DNA of 32,000 nt from Dickeya dadantii NCPPB 898. GTDB lineage: Bacteria > Pseudomonadota > Gammaproteobacteria > Enterobacterales > Enterobacteriaceae. Shown piece by piece: positions 26,990 to 32,000 of the stretch. The notes under the pieces are model-generated. The model did no database searches, was not told the DNA's origin, and saw only the letters and a program-made list of their open reading frames with translations. Each line of letters begins with the position of its first letter. The first letter of the stretch is position 1. Position numbers and translations under genes: made by a program. The stretch lies in assembly GCF_000406145.1 (NCBI RefSeq), contig NZ_CM001976.1, positions 717,260 through 749,259 on the forward strand, written 5' to 3'.

Positions 26990-27382
26990 ATGAGTCTGAT
27001 ATTTGGGCAGAATGAAATCATGAGCATGTTAAGCGCCCCTGTTCACAATGACAGACGCGCGATTGCAGTCATCGATGACAAATGCAAGATACTCTGCGCG
27101 AATTCCGCATTTAATGCACATTTTGGTTTGCGTACCGGCGCGACAGCGCCTGCTTCCATTGACGAAGTGCTCCCGGTTAATGTCCGGTTCGCGTATCAGG
27201 ATTTCATGACCAACAGCGATCTGCTCAGCACGCACGTCGCCTGGGATCTGCTGTCTGACGGGTTTGCCAAAAAGCCGCTCAGTACGCTCTCGTTTTCCAA
27301 GTTGAATGTGGAAGATCGGGTATTGTCGCTGTTAATCCTCAACCAGGATGAGGGTGACATCACCACCACCATGGCGTCATAA
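26990..27382 (+). CDS. Stand-alone PAS-domain protein (130 aa), no output domain
   Basis: A good SD (AGAGGA) is spaced 5 nt from the ATG. The PAS-like core is RRAIAVIDDKCKILCANSAFNAHFGL, with C-terminal strands ending ...VLSLLILNQDEGDITT (the frequent PAS-terminal DIT motif). The gene is flanked by 770 bp and 590 bp of AT-rich non-coding DNA. Confidence 0.55.
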   Translation: MSLIFGQNEIMSMLSAPVHNDRRAIAVIDDKCKILCANSAFNAHFGLRTGATAPASIDEVLPVNVRFAYQDFMTNSDLLSTHVAWDLLSDGFAKKPLSTLSFSKLNVEDRVLSLLILNQDEGDITTTMAS

Positions 27383-27974
27383 AACCGGATGCCCGGAAAT
27401 TAAACGCATACTTTATCAATTCATTTATTGATGTGATTTTTTGTGCTTTCAGGCTGACTTTTATCAATCATAGTTGACGATAGCGCTATTCTCTTTCTTT
27501 TTGTGTTGTTTTTATATCGATACGTTTCGATACCTCATTTCACGATCAAGCTAATAACAAATCCATATTTAAATACACTTCTTAGCATTAAGTGTCTTTT
27601 TTCTATATTTCATAATAAATTGGGCAACAGCAAAAGATTCCTTTTTTACGCACTTTTAATAATGGCGATATGACGCTGCGAGGCTAATTATTCGCGGCAG
27701 GCCCTGATTATTTTGTCGAATATCGCGGTGCTACGGGCGCGTTATTCCCATTTGTCGTGGCGCGGTTGCCTGTTGAATCAGCGGCCGCGCAGAAATTTTT
27801 TTGTTCGGCGGTTCCCTTTTGGCGTGGCGGGTTTGGCATAGCAATCAGGTGGTGCCTGGGACGTGATGCGGTCGTGTCCCTGAGCGATGCATGAGTGCGG
27901 TGAAACAGACACCGCCGACGGCGTAAAAGACCACATGATTGATGCCAAAAATTCGATACTGAAGGGGAATCACT

Positions 27975-30362
27975 ATGTTGACATATCGTACCCGCCTGCT
28001 TCGGGCCGGGGTGCTGGGGCTGGCTGTGTATGCGGCGTTACCCGTTGGGGTGAGCCAGGCGGCGTCGGCCAACTCCGTCACCCGGACTTACGCCGTTTCC
28101 GCCGGGCCGTTGCATCAGGCGCTGAACCAGTTTGCACAGCAATCCGGGGTGCTGCTTTCTTACGATCCGGCGTTGACTCAGGGGAAAACCAGTCAGGGCC
28201 TGCGTGGTTCCTTCAGTGTTGAGCAAGGTTTTCAGTCCATCCTGACCAACAGCGGTCTGCAGGCGCAAATTGGCGCGGATGGAACGGTTACGCTGGCGAA
28301 GCAGGCGCTGGAAACGCCGGCTGCCGCACCGGTGTCCCATTCCGCCAAAAGCGAGCAGATGGTGGTGACCGCGCCGCCAAACACCGCGCTAAAGCTGGAT
28401 ACGCCCTTGTCGGAAACGCCCCGCGCCGTCGCGGTGGTGAACGCACAGCAGATTGAAGAGCGCGGCGCCAGGAAGGTCGACCAGGCATTGCGTTACAGCG
28501 CAGGCGTGCTGGCGACGCCTTACGGGCCGGACAATAAAACCGAATGGCTGGTGATCCGCGGCTTCAGCGATCTCTCCCGCTTCCAGAATGGGCTGGCTAC
28601 GTTGAACGAAGACGGTTTTTATACCCAGCAGTTGGAACCGTTCGGCGTGGAACGCATTGAGGTACTGAAAGGCCCGGCATCGGTGCTGTACGGCCAGAAC
28701 CCGCCGGGCGGGCTGGTCAACGTAATCACCAAGCGCCCGACGCGCCTGCCGCAGGGGCAGGTGTCGGTGGAGTACGGCTCCAATGATTACCGCCAGGTGG
28801 CGGTGGACAGTTCCGGCCCGCTGAACGACGACGGTACGGTGCTGTACCGGGTGGTCGGCACCGCGCGCGATACCTCCGGCGAAGTGGATTTTGCCGACAG
28901 TAAACGCTTCTACCTCGCGCCCAGCCTGACTTTCCTGCTGGGCGACGATACCGAACTGACGCTGCTGAGCAGTTACATGGATACCCGTTCCGGCATGACC
29001 AATGGCTTCAAGACGCCATATGGCACTCTGCATGACACGCCCTACGGCAAAGTTGGCTACAAAACCTCGCTGGGGGAACCGGGCCTGAACCGGTTCGATA
29101 GCCGCCAACTGAGCCTCGGGTATGAGTTCACGCACCACCTGAACGATATCTGGACCTTCCACCAGAACACCAATTACACCTACCTGAACATGGATATGCG
29201 CGGGGTTTATGCCATGGGAATGGTGGATGATCGTACCGTTAATCGCGGGTTGACCTACCGCGACGGCTTTGCGCAAAACTGGTCGGTGGATAACCGCATG
29301 GTGGGTGAATGGCGCTGGGGGGATATCGACAATACCCTGTTGCTGGGCGTTGATTACCGTCGCGCCAATACCCAAAGCCGTGATGCGGATCTGTCGCCGT
29401 ACAACGCCTCGCTCTATCAGTTCAACAGCGTGCCGCTGGACATTTTCAGCCCGGTCTATGGCCGTTACACCCTGAGCGATAACCAGTTGTCCAATCACCG
29501 CTCCGGCCGTCATCAGAGCGGTTACTATGTGCAGAACCAGATCAAGTATGACGATCGCCTGATCCTGCTGCTGGGCGGCCGCTACGACGACGCCAAATCC
29601 TACACGCGCAACACGATCATGGGGATCGATTCCCGCACCAGCGACACCAAGTTCACCAAAACGGCGGGAGCGATGTACCTGTTTGATAACGGCATTTCAC
29701 CGTATGTCAGCTATGCCGAGTCGTTCCAGCCGCTGGCGGATTATGATGCCTATGGCAACCAGTACAAACCCACTATGGGCAAGCAGACGGAAGTGGGGGT
29801 GAAGTATACTCCGCAGGGCTTCAACGGTTATGCCTCGGCGGCGCTGTATAACCTGAGTCAGGAAAATATCCTGACCACCGACGCCAATAACCCGAGTCGT
29901 CAGGTGCAGTCGGGCGAAGCGCGTTCCCGCGGGATCGAGCTGGAACTGAGCGGTGAAGTGTATAAAGGCGTGACGTTAACCAGCAACTACACCTATAACA
30001 ATGTGGAAACTACCCAATCCGGCGTGGCGGGGGAAAACGGCAAGCGGCTGCCGGGGTTGCCGGAGCATATGTTCTCCACCTGGGTAAGCTACGCGTTCAG
30101 CGGCCCGCTGGAAGGGCTGACCGTCGGCAGCGGCGTGCGCTATATCGGCAGCTCGTATGGCGACCGTCTGGAAAGCGCCAGTCTGAAAGTGCCGGCGTAT
30201 ACGCTGTGGGATGCGATGATCGCTTACGACGTGACCAAAAACTGGCGCGTGCAGGTTAACGCGACCAATCTGGCGAATCATCACTATGTCAGCGCCTGTA
30301 ATTTCTGGTGTTACTACGGAGAAGGGCGTGATATTACCGCTAATGTGACGTATCGCTGGTAA
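27975..30362 (+). CDS. TonB-dependent siderophore receptor of the transducer class (N-terminal STN signalling domain)
   Basis: The signal peptide ends ...GVSQAAS. The STN domain is YAVSAGPLHQALNQFAQQSGVLLSYDPALTQGKTSQGLRGSFSVEQGFQSILTNSGLQAQI. The TonB-box region is EQMVVTA and the plug carries RIEVLKGPASVLYGQNPPGGLVNVITKRP. The barrel ends ...ANVTYRW, with an aromatic C-terminus. Confidence 0.9.
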   Translation: MLTYRTRLLRAGVLGLAVYAALPVGVSQAASANSVTRTYAVSAGPLHQALNQFAQQSGVLLSYDPALTQGKTSQGLRGSFSVEQGFQSILTNSGLQAQIGADGTVTLAKQALETPAAAPVSHSAKSEQMVVTAPPNTALKLDTPLSETPRAVAVVNAQQIEERGARKVDQALRYSAGVLATPYGPDNKTEWLVIRGFSDLSRFQNGLATLNEDGFYTQQLEPFGVERIEVLKGPASVLYGQNPPGGLVNVITKRPTRLPQGQVSVEYGSNDYRQVAVDSSGPLNDDGTVLYRVVGTARDTSGEVDFADSKRFYLAPSLTFLLGDDTELTLLSSYMDTRSGMTNGFKTPYGTLHDTPYGKVGYKTSLGEPGLNRFDSRQLSLGYEFTHHLNDIWTFHQNTNYTYLNMDMRGVYAMGMVDDRTVNRGLTYRDGFAQNWSVDNRMVGEWRWGDIDNTLLLGVDYRRANTQSRDADLSPYNASLYQFNSVPLDIFSPVYGRYTLSDNQLSNHRSGRHQSGYYVQNQIKYDDRLILLLGGRYDDAKSYTRNTIMGIDSRTSDTKFTKTAGAMYLFDNGISPYVSYAESFQPLADYDAYGNQYKPTMGKQTEVGVKYTPQGFNGYASAALYNLSQENILTTDANNPSRQVQSGEARSRGIELELSGEVYKGVTLTSNYTYNNVETTQSGVAGENGKRLPGLPEHMFSTWVSYAFSGPLEGLTVGSGVRYIGSSYGDRLESASLKVPAYTLWDAMIAYDVTKNWRVQVNATNLANHHYVSACNFWCYYGEGRDITANVTYRW

Positions 30363-30629
30363 TATACCCGTCATACTTCAAGTCGCAGATGCATTGGCTG
30401 CCTTGCTCACCCCAGTCACTTACTAATGTAAGTGACTGGGGATGAAATGAGAGACATCCTGTCTCTCACCGCAGGCCAGCCGCTGGCTGGTCAAATTCGT
30501 TCCCGACGAATTTGTCACTCGGTCGTCGCGTTACAAGACTCATTATGAGTATTGCCCTGAAGGGCCAATGCGTTGCGTTGTTCAAAACGCCACGCGTTTT
30601 GTCCTGCAATTCGAATTATTTTGGGTATA
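30363..30629. repeat. ERIC / IRU element, enlarged form (about 267 bp)
   Basis: The left end TATACCCGTCATACTTCAAGTCGCAGATGCATTGGCTGCCTTGCTCACCCCAGTCACTTACTAATGTAAGTGACTGGGGAT matches the ERIC consensus, including the complement of the ERIC2 primer region. The right end CCTGCAATTCGAATTATTTTGGGTATA matches the other ERIC terminus. About 140 bp of hairpin-rich sequence lies between them. Confidence 0.7.
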
Positions 30630-31293
30630 AGCTCGTAGCGGACGGTATCCCGTCATTGTTAATGGCGGGATACCGCGCCGGCATATTGTTTCCGCTATTT
30701 GATCTAACGGGCGTAAGGTTATTTATTCCCGCAGGTTGGTCGCCAATAAAAATAAACTGACTAAACAACGGCGTGTGCGTGAATCAACGCGGCACGTTGG
30801 TTATTCTCAAGGCGTTTATTCATCCGAGATATTCCCGTCGCAATAAACCGCAGTCCGCTCTAATCATATGAATTATCTATATTAATATCGGTTCTGCACC
30901 TACGCTATCGGCTGTTCTTGCCCACCTTTCTACGATGTGTTTTAGCTCGGTTTTACCCACTAAAATTATAAGGTTTTTATTTTCCCTAGTGATAATGCTC
31001 ACAAGGTTATGGGCGTTTGCCTAATTTTCCGTGTCATAATTTCATCATATGGGAGACATTGCCTAATGACTAAACGAAATACAGCCACAATAATTAAAAT
31101 AAAACGTGGTTTTCTTTTAATTAATACATGATTTCTTTTTTGTGATGTTGATCTCTTCGTCATAGGGCGGCGGGAAAATATATCTGCTTTTCGCTTGATA
31201 CAGATTTACGCCATATAACCGTGCATTTTCCGATACACACAGTTTATCACTGCAAATTTTGTAAATGAGTTAACTATCCAGGCAGGTAACAAC

Positions 31294-32000
31294 GTGAAAA
31301 TAGAATCGATTGATGTCACCGTCTTCACTTACCCCACTCGCCGCGTCTCCGACAGCGCCGGGCATTCACACCCTGGCGCCGAGCATCAGGCTAGCATGGC
31401 GTTACTGACGATCAGCACTGACGAAGGTCACAAAGGCTATGCGTTTGCGCCGCCGGAAGTGATCCGCCCGTATGTGGTGAACGGCTTTTTCCGCAAAGTG
31501 TTGATTGGGCAGGATCCGTTTGATCGTGAGCGGCTGTGGCAGGATCTGGTGCACTGGCAGCGCGGCAGCGCCAACCAACTGACCGACCGGGCGCTGGCGA
31601 TCGCCGAACAGGCGCTGTGGGATCTGGCCGGGCACGCGCTGAACCTGCCGGTGTATAAACTGCTGGGCGGCTACCGCGATAAAGTGCCGGCTTACGGCAG
31701 CACCATGTGCGGCGACGAGCTGCAAGGCGGCCTGTCCACGCCGGACGAGTACGGTCAGTTCGCCGAGATGCTGGTGAAGCGCGGCTACAAAGCCATCAAG
31801 CTGCATACCTGGATGCCGCCGGTGTCGTTCGCGCCCAGCCCGCAAATGGACGTCAAAGCCTGTGCGGCGGTGCGCGAAGCGGTGGGGCCGGATATCTGCC
31901 TGATGCTGGACGGCTACCACTGGTACAGCCGCAGCGAAGCGCTGTACATCGGTCGTGAATTGCAAAAACTGAACTTCACCTGGTTCGAAGAGCCGATGGA
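31294..32000 (+). CDS. Enolase-superfamily enzyme (mandelate racemase / muconate lactonizing enzyme family; acid-sugar dehydratase-like), 5' part; the 3' end lies outside the window
   Basis: It is absent from the ORF track because it has no stop in the window. The start is a GTG at 31294, after an in-frame stop at 31216 and a GGCAGG SD. The translation is VKIESIDVTVFTYPTRRV...DRALAIAEQALWDLAGHALNLPVYKLLGGYRDKVPAYGST...GYKAIKLH...VREAVGPDICLMLDGYHWYSRSEALYIGRELQKLNFTWFEEPM, which shows the typical capping domain and the start of the TIM barrel. Confidence 0.8.
   Translation, partial: MKIESIDVTVFTYPTRRVSDSAGHSHPGAEHQASMALLTISTDEGHKGYAFAPPEVIRPYVVNGFFRKVLIGQDPFDRERLWQDLVHWQRGSANQLTDRALAIAEQALWDLAGHALNLPVYKLLGGYRDKVPAYGSTMCGDELQGGLSTPDEYGQFAEMLVKRGYKAIKLHTWMPPVSFAPSPQMDVKACAAVREAVGPDICLMLDGYHWYSRSEALYIGRELQKLNFTWFEEPM

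Noticed and set aside
27575-27602. A possible terminator for the PAS ORF (ACACTT-N9-AAGTGT followed by CTTTTTT)
   Set aside because: The stem is only 6 bp and AT-rich, with a 9-nt loop, and it lies 190 bp past the stop codon. It is too weak to call as a feature.
27700-27725. A Fur box upstream of the TonB-dependent receptor (GATTATTTTGTCGAATATC)
   Set aside because: Only about 11 of 19 positions match GATAATGATAATCATTATC, and it lies about 250 bp from the start codon. This is not distinguishable from background in AT-rich DNA without a PWM score.
30512-30760. An 82-aa plus-strand ORF downstream of the receptor gene
   Set aside because: More than a third of it lies inside the ERIC repeat and the rest in AT-rich spacer. 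It has no SD and no recognisable motif.
31066-31131. A 21-codon ORF (MTKRNTATIIKIKRGFLLINT) in the AT-rich leader of the enolase-family gene
   Set aside because: The GGGAG sits about 10 nt from the ATG, there is no promoter or terminator framing, and the composition is typical of random AT-rich sequence. Unlike the 18091-18434 unit, it is not supported by independent signals.
1-32000. Mobile elements, CRISPR arrays, tRNA/rRNA genes and defence-system hallmarks
   Set aside because: I saw no transposase, integrase or recombinase ORFs, no terminal inverted repeats other than the ERIC element, no regularly spaced direct repeats of 25-40 bp, and no tRNA-like cloverleaf candidates during reading. 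This is absence by eye only and has not been confirmed with tools.

Overview
This is a 32-kb chromosomal window from an Enterobacterales genome. An ERIC/IRU repeat is present, the ghxP-yjcE-actP-yjcH-acs block is syntenic with E. coli, and many proteins are recognisable by eye against E. coli or Klebsiella homologues. From left to right the window contains: (1) the tail of an RND adaptor gene, a frameshifted MdtB/MdtC-like RND permease and a translationally coupled CusRS-type two-component system; (2) a visibly AT-rich islet with a PmtA/COG3963-like methyltransferase, a small secreted ORF and a truncated pgpB-like remnant; (3) an HxlR regulator; (4) a self-contained three-gene sugar-initiation cassette (WbpM/PglF-like 4,6-dehydratase, SDR reductase/epimerase, PglC-like phosphoglycosyl transferase); (5) a Ugp-like ABC importer operon with the metallo-phosphodiesterase gene gpdQ embedded in it; (6) a di-Mop (TOBE) protein; (7) an lpxP-like lipid A acyltransferase; (8) an 800-bp spacer hiding a promoter-SD-ORF-SD-ORF-terminator unit for two tiny, apparently paralogous peptides next to a consensus CRP site; (9) ghxP, yjcE and actP-yjcH-acs; (10) a 1.75-kb AT-rich gap containing a stand-alone PAS-domain ORF; (11) a TonB-dependent transducer with no cognate sigma/anti-sigma genes; (12) an enlarged ERIC element; (13) the 5' part of an enolase-superfamily gene that is missing from the ORF track. 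I recognised no rRNA, tRNA, CRISPR array, transposase or integrase, and nothing resembles a classical defence island. The best candidate for something undescribed is the two-peptide mini-operon at 18091-18434, followed by the orphan PAS protein and the orphan sugar-initiation cassette. All calls rest on by-eye motif and homology recognition; no searches or computations were run.
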